Assembly (NCBI RefSeq): GCF_006345805.1
Contig: NC_043017.1
Span: 24,366,001 to 24,430,000 of the forward strand
Length of the DNA: 64,000 bases
DNA from: Octopus sinensis
Taxonomy: Eukaryota
Direction: 5' to 3'
Below are positions 22,924-36,241 of the stretch, piece after piece. How positions within the stretch are numbered: the first letter of the stretch is position 1; every line of letters starts with the position of its first letter. The notes below the pieces were generated by a model. The model saw only the letters and a list, made by a program, of their open reading frames with translations. It was not told the origin of the DNA and ran no database searches. A program made the translations under genes and the position numbers.

Positions 22924-23380
22924 TAATAATTATTTCAAATTTTTGCTACAAAGGCAGCTTAGGGGAGGTGGGGATAAGTTGATTATAGTGGCCCCAGAGT
23001 TCAACTGGTATTTATTTAATCGACCCCAAAGGATGAAAGGTAAAGTCGACCTTGGCGGAATTTGAACTCAGAATGTAGCGACGGTCAGATTAACGCTAAG
23101 CATTTCCCTCAGCATGCTAACGATTCTGCCAGCTCGCCACCTTGGGAATAACAATAGTAATAACTTGAAATTTTGCAGGAGCAGTAAAGTCAATCACGTC
23201 AACCCCAGTATATGACTGGTACTTAATTTATCGATCCCACCGAAAGGATGAAAGGTAAAGTTGATCTCGGCGGAATTTGAACTCAGAACGTAGTGACAGG
23301 CAAAATACTGCAAAGCATTTTGTCCAGCATGCTAACAATTCTGTGAACTCACCACCTTTATAATAATAATAATAACCACA
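22880..23380 (-). mobile_element. Two stacked SINE family 2 variants in (AAT)n
   Basis: Co-oriented copies bounded by (AAT)n runs. Confidence 0.8.
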
Positions 23381-23699
23381 GTAGAACTATGGTTTTCACA
23401 GATGTTTTCTCTGAGTTTTGCCCTGAAAAGATAAATTATTTTGATTCTTTTTCTTCTGAGGATGTTATATATACACACACACACACATACACACAAACAT
23501 CCTGCATATACACACACATACGCAAATACATGCATATACATACGCACTCATAATGCATACACACATATACATACACACACATTTATGCATACATGTAAAG
23601 CCTATAATAGCCAGTGGTTAGTATGGCAAACAAAAATTACTTGGAAGAACGGTATTAAACCATGATGGTCAGGAGAATGAATCAGTTAAAGATCAATCC

Positions 23700-23884
23700 A
23701 TATATGAAATATATTTGTGTGTGTGTATGTGTACATGTATATATATATATATATAAGCATATATACACAAATATGTATATATATATATAAACATATATAC
23801 ACGTGTGTGTATATATATATATAAACATATATACACAAATGTATATATATATATATATAAACATATATACACATATATACACGA

Positions 23885-23930
<46 letters not shown>

Positions 23931-23943
23931 ATATATACACGAA

Positions 23944-23978
<35 letters not shown>

Positions 23979-23993
23979 TATATATATACACGA

Positions 23994-24026
<33 letters not shown>

Positions 24027-24135
24027 AGCATATACATACGTATATATACAAAAGTCTCTATATACATGTATGTGTATGTGTGCACATATATATATATATA
24101 TATATACACATACATATATACAAGTGTGTGAGCGC
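23700..24135. repeat. Compound (AT)n/(AC)n satellite with AAACATATATACAC higher-order units
   Basis: Direct reading. Confidence 0.95.
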
Positions 24136-26606
24136 AAGTATGTAGTGTTGAAGTAAAATCCCAAACAGCAAAATGATCCAGATTTCTATGGAAGTTAGTT
24201 TAAATCAGCAAATAGTTCTGGAAACAAAAAGTTTTAAAAAATCACTTGGTTGTCTGTATGTATACACATACATGCATACATACATACATACATGTTTACT
24301 TTTGACTCTCCCTTCCCACCACCACTACCACCATAATAATAACAACAACAACAACAACAACAATAATAATAATTATGGTTTAATAAGATAGCTTTGAATA
24401 CCTCAAACTCCATGCGACATTTAGAAAATATATAATAACTATGGCGAGAATCAACCTGCGTGTACTTGTAAAGCCCAAATAATTGTTACTCGGCTGCAGC
24501 CTCTCCTAAAATACAAAAACACACTGCAGTACTTTTTATTCAATGTACTGCATTATGGCCATGCTGGAGCATCACCTTCAAGGCATTCCCCCCCGTTTCT
24601 CCAGTCAATGGTATCGATCCAAGTACTTAGCCCAGTATTAATTTTTATCAACGTAAGTTAATTAATTGACTGGCTTGGTCATCCTTTGAGATAAAGGGAC
24701 ATATTTCAATACCACCAGGTATTTTTGATTAGCATTAATTTACATACATACACGTGTGTATATATACCTATATCTATATATACACACACACATACATGCA
24801 TATATACATATATACACACATACATACGCAGCGAAACATATACATACATACACATATACACACGCATATATACACATATGTATGTATACACACATATACA
24901 CACATGCAATGAGCTCCCACACAATTTTCTTCTTCCAAATTTCACTTACAAGGTACAGGCCATGCTGGAGGCTGTGGTAGAAGACACTTGCCCAAGGTGT
25001 TACTGCTGTGCAATGGCATCACATACAAAACCATATGGTTATGAAATAAACTCCTTAACCAGATGGTCGTGTCTGGACTCAGTAACAACTTCATGCACAC
25101 ATTTGTATTTCTTAAAATTTCATTTTGTTTTTTGTTTTTTTGCTGTTATTATTATCAGTATTAATATTTTTTATAAATTATACTTTGTTTAGATTTAATA
25201 AAAATAACAAAAAAAAAAAATTTGATGAGATTTTTTTTTCCTGAAATTATACAAAATCAAAGAAAGGAAAAATATTAAAAAAAAAAAAAAAAGGGTAAAA
25301 ATAGGAAAGGGGGAGGGGTGGGTTTTGTGTAATAGCAAAAGGCAAGTTCCCAACAAGCGTACATGTAGATAGGAACAAATGCAGTCTTTTTTTTTTTTGT
25401 TAGCAAGGAAGATCAACCGCACAAATCAGTAGCTTTGAACATGAGGGGTTTTGGAATGACAGCAGGAAATTATAGTGGTGGTGGTGGTGGTGGTGGTGGT
25501 CACAGTGAAACTGGTCGTAGGGGTGGTGGTGGTGGTGGTGGTAGTGGTGGTAGTGATGATAGTGGTAGCACACACAAAAGGAAGCTCACATCAGTAATTA
25601 AAGCTCTGGGTAGATAAATTAATAAATTAAAAAAAAAAAATTTTTGTATTTTTAAATAGTGGAGAGGGATAACAGCATTGAAATATTGAAAAATCTAGGA
25701 GGTTACACGCTGTTTAAAATAATACTTTATTACATGAAAGGTATAAAACAGTAAATATTTAGAGGGGAAGGGTTGAAGGGACTTGCCTTTTTCAAGAGAA
25801 CAGGCAATGTAATATTTAATTTAAAAAAAAAAAAATCCTAGTTTCAATTAGAAAGAAAACTAGTTCATAGTTTGCTAAGACTGTACACTGGCTTTGTTGA
25901 AATTATGATAAGGACTTAATACATCCAAACCTTCCACTTTCAAAAATAGACATTTTGAAACAAAAAGGACAAAAAAAAAAAAAAAAATTGTTAGAAATTG
26001 TCAGAAGCTGCTGAGAATGAAAGCCATTACATCTGCAGTGGTTTAAGTGAGAATGAGCATTGCGGGTGGCAGAAACATCTGGCCCAGAAGCCACAACATC
26101 TGACTCAGCAAGGTTTGTGTTGCTGTATGGGAGTTTTGTTGCTTATAGCAGTAGATGGTTCCAAACAGCTTTAGTGCTGTGACGCCAGTGATCAAAGCAC
26201 CTATGGAGCTGCTTCACTGCCTGATGAGAATATCGATTCCTGCATTCAAAGACGGAGTACAACAACATCCTCAGTGTTTACCCCTCAAATGTTTGTTTGT
26301 CCTGATTTTTGTCTTTTGTTTAACTTTTAAGTGAATGCCAGACTCTGAAGTACTTCTATGAAATGACAAATGACATATTTCTCATATATGTAAATAAATA
26401 ATGAAACTATAATGAAATATAAAAAAAAGTGTTTGAGTTAAATAGAAACTAGCGACGTTATATGCCAATGACTTCGGGGAAATTGAGTGCCTGTTCATTT
26501 GCCTTAATTGCAAAATTCAGAATATTTCATGTGAGCTAAACATGAACATATGTGTGTGTGTGTATATATATGTATGTAGAAGGTTGAAAAGAAACACACA
26601 AGTTGA

Positions 26607-26884
26607 TATATATGGAAAAAAAAAGTCAAAGTAGAAAATGCTAAAATAATTTTATAAAAAACATTTCAGCACCCGTTTCAGTCATAGACTTTTTCAACTG
26701 TAAGTACGGAAAGCAATTAAATCTGGGAAAAATTAAATTTTAAAAAATTTAATTTTTCCAAAATTTCATTGTTTTCTGTACTTACAGTTGAAAAAGTCTC
26801 AATGGCTGAAACCGGTACTGAAATGTTTTTTATAAAATTATTTTAGCATTTTCTACCTTGACTTTTTTTCTTCCACATATACAT
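26607..26884. repeat. Long fold-back palindrome (~130-bp arms, almost no loop), probably a palindromic MITE
   Basis: AGTCAAAGTAGAAAATGCTAAAATAATTTTATAAAAAACATTTCAG... is mirrored at 26810-26870; roughly 90% arm identity by eye. Confidence 0.9.
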
Positions 26885-28312
26885 ATATATATATATACAT
26901 ATATATATATGCAAACATATACATGTGTGTGTGTGTGTGTGTATACATATACATGTACATACAAACATTTATGTGTACATATATAAACTTTTCTTTCTAC
27001 CTGTGTAACATGTTTCCTAGTTCGCTTTTTTTGTTTTTTCTTTTACACACACCTTATCTGATTATTATCTTTATTATCAACATGAGCTTAATATACAGAT
27101 TAACAATAAGTTTCTGTTAATAATAAACTAAAAAGTCCCTTTCAGAAAATGCCATGGTGTCAGATGGGGGGGGGGTAGAGATGAACAGTGGGACGAAAGG
27201 GGCAGGTAGGGGGTGGACTAAAGACTGGAGAAAAGCTGGGTACAGAAAGGGCATCATCAGAGAAAGAAGTGGGGGAGCGTTGGAGAGGGCAGAAAACAAT
27301 ACTTTCAGTGTGTGTGTGTGTGTGTGTGTATAATAATAAAATAGTTTGATTTTAGTTTTGATGTCCACATCAAATATTAGAAAATATGCAATACAGGATC
27401 TTTGTTTCTTTATTTTTTTTTTTTCATTTTTTTTTTTTTGTTTTGTTTTGGCAAATTCTGGAGGGAAGAGGTAGAATTTGAATTGAAATGACGAAAAAAA
27501 AAAAAAAGGGAAAACAATCCCCACCTTCCAAATGGTATTCACAGATATCTTCCCACTTTCTTGCTTGCAATTTCGCCTCCTTTTTTATCATTGTTGCCTT
27601 CAGTATTGGTTGCTGTCAATTTAGAAGTTGACCACGTTTCTGATTTGTCCCCACCAGTCCACTCCACTCCCCAATAAATTTACTTGTTTTTTTTTTTGTT
27701 TTGTTTTTGTTTTGTTTCTGGGTTTTTTTATTTTTAATTAGTTGAGAAGCAAGTGAACATGCAGGCAATAAGGTGTTGCTGTTGTTGTTGTTGGTTGCTG
27801 CTGTTGTTGTTTGTCTCTAGCAAAGATATACATGAAGCCGAAACTGTAAAATGTTGTCATTTATACGGAGTGAATGATAGCGTTAAGTACAAAATTTACA
27901 GAAAAGCAATTTTTTCAAAGATATTTCAGAACTCATACCAACATAGCAGGATATTATTATTATTATTATTATTAATGTCTCATACTATATTTTCAAAAAT
28001 AAAATTAAATAAAGTTAAAAATAAAACAAATAAGCAACCCCCCCCCCATATATATATACCTATGGAAATATACACACAAATGTATATACATTTGTATATA
28101 CACATATACACACACACATGTATATATAAACACACATTCATATGTATATTTAAACAGACAAACATATGTAGATATATTACACACACACACACACGTACAT
28201 ATATATACACATATTCATATATATATATATATATATGTACACACATATTCATATATATACACACATACATATTCATATATATATATATATATATACATAC
28301 ACATACATATTC

Positions 28313-28343
<31 letters not shown>

Positions 28344-28659
28344 TATATATATACGCATACATATACACCCAAACATACATGTGTGTGAAGGAAGGATGAA
28401 AAGATGAGGATATGTCAGACTAGAATCTCCAGTATATTTTAAACACACACACACATACATACATACATACATACATACATACGTACATACACACGAAGTA
28501 AAATCTATAATAAAAGATTTATAAAATAAGGAAATAGAATTGTAGTAAGTAGTGATTCCTTCAGAAGAAGTACAGCAGACATTCTTCCATTGTCACCTCA
28601 GGTTAAAAAATTGTATGTGTGGATGGGTGTATATCATACACCATACATACATATGAATA

Positions 28660-28719
<60 letters not shown>

Positions 28720-30335
28720 CATATATGTATGTATATATATATATATGTATATGTATGTATATATATATATATATATATGCATGTGAGTGTGTGTATGAAA
28801 ATATAAATGCAATCCGAGCCATATTTTGATTTTTATATATCAATATTTTAAGTTTTATTCTTGCTGCTGTTACGGTTAAAAAAAAAAAAACAAACCCAAA
28901 ATAAACATAAAATGTAAAAAAAAAAAAAACAAAAAGAAAAAAAAGAATAAGTAATGGCAAAAACAGAAAAAAGAAATAATTCAAAAGGTTAAATAAATGT
29001 AAGAATTTGGGTTGGTTAAAGACGAAAGAATCCAAGAATTCCATTGATGGCTTCAAGTAACGAAATAGTTTCTTCCCGCCAATAGGATTAACTTTGCATA
29101 TTTATTTTTATCTTTCCTTTTCAATAGCCACTAGGTATATAAGGAAGAATGATTGTATGTATGTGCATGTGTGTGTGTGGTGTGTATAATTGCACTGACT
29201 CACACACATACACAAGAGTATGTATGTATATTCACACATACACAAGATTATGTATGTATACTGACATACACATTCTCTCTCTGTCTCTCTCTCTCTCTCA
29301 CATACACACACACACATGCATGCATACACTAACACTCACTCAAAAGTATGACAGTGTATTCACATCCCTGGATTCACAAACATATATATACACATTAGAG
29401 CACGTGTGTTTATTCACAAACACATATACACGTGTGTATATTCGCATTCATACACACACACACACACAAAGTTATATGTGCTGTGTTTGGAGTTTTGTTG
29501 GTGTTTATTAAAATTTCACCCAAGATCCATCCCCTCTCTCTCTCTCTCATATTGTGCAATTCTGATTCTTCAGGTGGGAAGAGTAGCAAAAGACAATCAA
29601 TATCCCACCCCGACTCCACCTAATTTTTTTTTCAAAATTTCTTATTAAAAATAACAACAATAATAAATGAATATAATAACGACATTAATAGTAATAATAA
29701 TATTAATGAGAATAATAATATTAATAATCATAATAATAATAATTATAATTATAATGGTAATCATCAGAACAAACAAAGGTAAAAGTTTGTTATATTCCTT
29801 ATTTCTTGTTTATGTAGCACCACCACCATCTCTGGTCACCATCCTCATCACCGCCATCATTGTCATCATCATCATCGTCATCACCACCACCACTACTATC
29901 ATCACCACTATCACTAAAACAGACTGTGATGATACAGATATCTTATTTTTGTCATTGGTTAGTTTTTACAAGTAGCAGTATTCAGAGTTGTTGCTTTGTC
30001 TTTTCGTGTTGTTTTTCTTTTTTATCTTTCCTCACCATTTTTTTTTTCCCAACTTGGTTTATTTGTTTTTTATTTTTAAATATATTTGCTTTTTTTTTTT
30101 CCCTTTATTTTCTTTCTTTCTTTCTTTCTGTTTTTTTTTTTTCTTTCCTCGTCCGTTTGTCTTCTTGTTCCATTTTGTCGTTATAAGGAAAAAAAAAAAA
30201 AAGGGAGGAGAAGATAGAAAGGAAAAGAAACAGGAGTTTGGTTTTCAAAAAAAAAAAAACAACCAAAAAACCAAAAGAAACCCTCGAACGGATTCCTTAA
30301 ATCGTCATCGTTCATGACAGTCAAACAAACTGCTG

Positions 30336-30541
30336 TTAAAGAAACGGATTGCTGGGTTGATTTGGCTGCTGTATACCAGGCTGTAGAGGTGTATTAAATG
30401 GAATGAGAGGTCTTGGGAGCACGTCAGCATTGTTCACCGAGGTGAAACTCTGTTGTTGAGACTGCTGCATTTGACGCAGGGGCACTCGGGCTGTAGATTG
30501 TTCAAAGGGGTTCGTTCCACTTCCGGTAAATGGGTTGGTGC
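30336..30541 (-). CDS. EPN: Epsin terminal coding exon (three NPF motifs, C-terminal NPFL)
   Basis: Acceptor TTTTTAG| at 30542 (phase 1); TNPFTGSGTNPF...SNPFL then TAA at 30338-30336. Confidence 0.92.
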
Positions 30542-31168
30542 CTAAAAAGGACAAAAATAAAGCAAAAGAAAAGAAAAAAAAAAAAGAAAATTATATTAAA
30601 AAATTTTTTTTTTTTGTGGAACGAAAAGAAAGAAAAACAACTTTTTGTTGTTGTTAAACAGTCTTAAAAATAAATGTTTAAAATTAATTACTTATTTTGA
30701 TATTACTAATTGACCTCAATTAGTATTTGAAAATGTGAAAGAAGAAAAAAATTGATGAAAATAATATCCACAAATGATACAAAAAACAAAAAGCAATTAA
30801 CTATAATTAATGGTTTCAAATTTTGGTACAAGGCCAGCAATTTTAGGGGATGAATAAACTGATTTTAGGGGATGGATAAACCGATTACATCAACCCCAAG
30901 ATAAAAGGCAAAGTCAACCACAACATGATTTGAGCTCTGAACAAGACAAACAGGAAGGAAAACTAGACATTTTGCCCAACTCACAATTCTGCCAGCTGAT
31001 AAATAATTATTGGTTCTAGGTTCAGTCCCAGTGCATGGGTTGGACAATTTGACTGAGGTCTGGAAAACCAGATGGCTGCACCAGGCTCCAATCTGATCTG
31101 GCAGAGTTTCTACAGCTGGATGCCCTTCCTAATGCCAACCACTCTGAGAGTGTATAATATATATTGGG

Positions 31169-31228
<60 letters not shown>

Positions 31229-31744
31229 GTCAAAGAATAAACCCATCGCTGGGTCTATTCGTTGACAGAACAGCCTTCACACAGCACTAAAGCAATGTGA
31301 GATGAAGTGCTTTGCTTGAGAACACAACATGCTGCTCAGTCTTGGAATTGAACCTACAATCTAGCAATCTCAAGTGCAACATCCTAACCACTAGGCCACA
31401 CACCTTCACAGGGTTTATACAAATGCATAAAAAACCACTGAAAGTTTCTTTATGAGGAGGGCACAAAGACCCGTGTTTAGAGTTGTGGTGGTGGAGAAAT
31501 GAGTTGACATGATTTCTATGTGTTTCTGAAAAGCTATGGAGATTTGGTAAGAGAAATGATCAGTGACCCAATTTGGATGGCCTACTCAGTTCTCCAAAGC
31601 TTCTTTACATATGTAGTTATGCAATTTAGCAACAGTCCCATAAGAATGTTTAGAAAAAATAAGAGCACACTGACTTATTTTCTAGGATTTTTTCTTAATT
31701 TTTTCCTGCATGCAGTATAAGATTATGGTATCACACAAATGACA

Positions 31745-32070
31745 ACAGTGGCTCAGTGGTTAGAGCATCAGGCTTACAATCATGAGCTAGTGAGTTTGAT
31801 TCCTGGACCAGTCTGTGTGTGTTGTGTTCTTGAGCAAAACACTTCATTTCATGTCGCTCTTGTTCATTTAGCTGTAGAAATGAGTTACGATGTCACTGGT
31901 GCCAAGCTGCATCAGCCCCTTTGCCTTTCCCCTGGATAACACCGGTGGAGTGAAGAGGAGAGGGGAGACTGTTTTGCAAGGGCTATTGCTGGTCTTCTAT
32001 AAACAACCTAGCCTGAACTTGTGCCTCAGAGGAGTAACTTTCTAGGTGCAATCCTATGGTCATTCATTAC
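31745..32070 (+). mobile_element. Older tRNA-derived SINE (family 4)
   Basis: A box TGGCTCAGTGG, B-box-like GTTTGATTCC, then a TTGAGCAAAACACTT...GCTGTAGAAATG core. Confidence 0.7.
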
Positions 32071-32588
32071 CCTTTTTACAACAGTTTCGCACTTGGGGAC
32101 ATGTAAACCACCTGACTTCATCCCACTCACTGATAAAAGAGCTTTTTTTTCTACTTTTAAGAAAAATGGTTAACAAAAGTATCACATACACAAACATGTG
32201 AGCAAAATGGATGGGAGGTAGTCAAAAAAGAAATATAACTCCACCTTAAAGAAATTGGGATAAGCCTACCATAGCATTGTGAACACTGTCTTGGAGAGGG
32301 TGATGGTGAAAATATAGGCAGCTGACAGGTTAATAATTATTCATGAAAATCAAGGAAAACCTCATGTTCACTTGCATAGAGAGAAGAAAATCATGAAGGT
32401 TCACATCAACTTTTCTCTTCGTATCAATTTTAGATACAACTTGTGATGTCTAGGAAGGGTGTCTCAGAATAGCAGTCATCTCCAGTCATTTCTGCCTGTA
32501 CCATTAAACTAACTGAATAGCTAAGATACCTAAGCAAAGCAAGGAAGAACCAAGGGACAGTAAAAACAAACAAACTAATTTTCAGATT

Positions 32589-32950
32589 AGGCGCAAGAGT
32601 GGCTGCGTGGTAAGTAGCTTGCTTACGAACCACAATTTTCCAGGTTCAGTCCCACTGTGTGGCACCTTGGGTAAGTGTCTTCTACTATAGCCTCAGGCCA
32701 ACCAAAGCCTCGTGAGTGGATTTGGTAGACGGAAACTGAAAGAAGCCCGTCGTATATATGCATGTATATGTTTGTGTGTCTGTGTTTGTCCTCCCAACAT
32801 TGTTTGACAATGGTGGTGTGTTTACGTCCCCGTAACTTAGTGGTTCAGCAAAAGAGGCCAATAGAATAAGTTGACTCCTGGGAGTCGATTTGCTCGACTA
32901 AAGGCGGTGCTCCAGCATGGCCACAGTCAAATGACTGAAACAAGTGAAAA
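32589..32950 (+). mobile_element. SINE family 1
   Basis: Full head-to-tail match to the family. Confidence 0.88.
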
Positions 32951-34329
32951 AAAAAAAAAATATGCAGGAAGATAATTTTTGAACACACACGAAAGCTTGC
33001 TTCTTCCCATCCACATGATTTTGGATCAAGTCTCACTTGTATGTACATATTAACAGCATGTAATATGTACGTACCACCTGCCAGGTATGTGTTTAATAAT
33101 GTAAAACTGGTATATCCAATAATGTTACACCGCTCTATCTGGTGGATATTTAAGCAATGGGTTCATGGACGATTAATGGGTTGGACGGGAGCTGATCAAG
33201 GAGTGAAAAAAATGGCATATACACCCATTACCCATCTGTCCTCTTCAATCTCATTGTTGTTTTGCATAGGCAGACTCAGAAACGAAATGTTATAACAAAT
33301 CGGTGCTGGCAATAAATTTCTATAGAAAATCTGTGGAGATAACCATAACTTGCCAATTTGAATGAGAAGCATAAGTTGATTGCATCAACCCCAGTACATG
33401 ACTGGTACCCACCACCTTAATAATAATAACAACAACATCAATAACAATAATAACATAAATATCAACAATTTGGAAGTGTTCATTCACTGAGCAAAATACA
33501 TATATATATGAATATAAATGTTGAAGTTAATTGGTTAAAAAGAATTAGTGGATTTAAACAAGCATCGTTATAGCTATTATATACTTAATCAATATAAAGA
33601 GAAACAATATCATAACATTTATTTAATTTATAACAGTGAAAACAAAACAATCAAAATACTTCCAGGGCAAAATTTCACCATCAAAATATATTAAAATAGA
33701 AAAAAAAGAGAGAGAAAACTTTATTTTACCAAGAAAAATCCATGCACAAAAAAGCAATTACTATAAGCTTGAAAAAATTCAGACCACCAGAGTAGAGATT
33801 AATAATTAAAAAGGATGGGGGAGAGACAGAGAGAGAGGAAGATTCATATATGTTTATGTTTACTGTAAAACATCAATGTTTATAGCTTCCCAGATAGCTG
33901 TGAAGTCAAGGTGTTGGACCACTGACTGTATATGGTTGTGTATCCAAACCTTTCTTCCAGCCAGTGTGTGCTGTTGGTGTTGAGCAAGGGCTATAACTCT
34001 GCTCTGACTGTGAGAAGACAAAAAAAAAACAAAAAAATACTTGGACTGGTTTAGCAAAGTTAGCAAGGACATCCAGCTGTGAAAACAACACTCTCATTGA
34101 AAAGAAGAAGAAGAAGAAAAAAAAAATCCATACCAGCAAATGTTAGTATCAAGAAAATGGATATGTAAATGGTACACGCAAATATACGAAACACCAGAAG
34201 AAGAAGAAAATGGTAGCAATTAAAGGGGAGGGGAACTGTTAGAAGAAAACTTAACAAGCAAATAGTTCAAAAGAATCCAGATATGATGCAGTTTGTGTGC
34301 ATATGTAGCAAGTTTGTGCAAAAAAAAAA

Positions 34330-34629
34330 AAAAATTATATATATAAATATTTATAAAATACATATATATATTTTAAAATACACATATAATATATATATAA
34401 TACACATATATAATACATACATATATATATATAAATACACATATATAATATATATAATACACATATAATAATATATATATATATATATATAAAATACACA
34501 TATATATATATATATAATAATATATATATATACACATATATAATATATATATATAATACACATATATAATATATATATATATATAATACACATATATAAT
34601 ATATATATATATAATACACATATATAATA

Positions 34630-34671
<42 letters not shown>

Positions 34672-34703
34672 TATATATATAGTACACATATATAATATAT
34701 AAT

Positions 34704-34747
<44 letters not shown>

Positions 34748-34810
34748 TATATATATAGTACACATATATAATATATATAATACACATATATAATTATATA
34801 TATATATGAC
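34330..34810. repeat. Compound (AT)n satellite with ATAATACACATAT units
   Basis: Direct reading. Confidence 0.95.
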
Positions 34811-36154
34811 ATATATGCATTTAGATGAGTGAGTGATCAGAAGATGGCATTGGTGAATTTCATTTTTTTGGTAAGTAAATAATTAATATAGTGAAGAATA
34901 AAGTGCTAAAATATTACAACCAAAACGCAACATGTATAGCAAACAGAAAATGCATATGATGCAATTGAGAATACACTCGGCAACATACACACACGCACGC
35001 ACATAAGTGTAGTAACTATACACTGAAGGCACACAGAGGATGAACTATTTAAAACATTGCTCCCACCTGTAAGTATAGATATTGTTTAACATTTGAAGTT
35101 GTGTTGGGTGAAATCTCATGAAGCAGAAGCAGAAATACAATACGTTGCAGTCTCCAAACAACTCAACAATAAATAACTATGGTAGTCCTTGTAGGATTAC
35201 AAGGATGTAAAATGCATAGTGGATAGATATGTCTCTAATCTTATACTATGAGTGTTGTTAAATGCCCGTCTATTTCAAAACCCACAAGCTCATCAAACCA
35301 GAGCTTATACTAGTTTTCAAAGCGATAACAAACCACCCCAGCTTCTATTGATTCAAACTTTCTGTTTAAAAGATAAACAAGTTGAAACCTTCCATCAAAA
35401 TTTCATGTGAAATTATATTCCAAACACTATTTTAATAATGACTGTTATTTAGCTAAATTCGTCTGAAAGAGTTAAAGTGATAAGATTCTCTCTTGTAAAG
35501 TCAGCCCCAAGTTGCCAACAGGTACTCCCTTTCATCTAAGTAGTATGGAACAATAGGAAATGTATTTTATTCAAGGACATAATGTATGACCTGGTCCAAG
35601 AACCAAATATGTGGCCTAACAATCACAAGCCCAAAATTAATTGCTAGCTGTCATGTTTTGTTAAGAGAGAGTGAGTATGTCTGTGTGTGTTTATTGATAT
35701 CTGTGAACATAACAGAAAATATTTGTAAATAAGATTAGCAAATAACAGACAACTCCAATTGCAGTGTGGCCATTTCAAATATCTATTTTGATAAATTGAC
35801 ATGGTTGGACTAGAAAGACAGTCAGGAGGGGGGGAGATCACCTACTGTCCACTATTGAGTAGGAGCCAAAGGATCTTCAAACACATTTCACTCTAACTAG
35901 TGAGAAAGGGTTTACTTAACAGAAATTGCTCAGGGATTAAGAAATGAAATTAGGTTGGAGAGGAGTATAAACAGGCTTATTTTAAAGTTAAAAAAAAAAA
36001 AGAGGCAAGAAGTTGGAAAGAAAAGGGGTGAGATAATAGGAAAAAAAATAAGTCTTCAAGCCAAGGAAAATATCAATAAAATTTTTGCTTTGTTTCTTTT
36101 CACCCCTATTCCATTGTTTGTGTTGCTCCTTCTGCAGATTATCCATAGTCTTAC

Positions 36155-36241
36155 CTTCAAATATAGATGGTGATGTCCTGGACAGTTGACTGTATTTGTT
36201 GTCATTTTTTAGCTGATTAGGGTCACGGGCAGCATTCATTT
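36155..36241 (-). CDS. Candidate alternative epsin exon (87 nt, phase 1-1; E-MNAARDPNQLKNDNKYSQLSRTSPSIFE-G)
   Basis: Acceptor CTTCTCATGTATCTGTCCTAG| and donor GAAG|GTAAGA; stop-free and in frame with both flanking epsin exons. No homology support. Confidence 0.45.

Noticed and set aside
23682-24164. Long Y/I/H/T-rich ORFs (also 27753-28829, 29108-29648, 34335-34787, 11000-11261)
   Set aside because: These are translations of (AT)n, (AC)n and (GATA)n microsatellites that lack stops.
25435-25617. Gly-rich ORF
   Set aside because: It derives from a (GGT)n repeat in the inferred epsin UTR, with no domain or splice support.
33906-34139. ORFs around a TTTTCACAG acceptor at ~34078
   Set aside because: Driven by homopolymer runs, with no convincing donor or frame fit.
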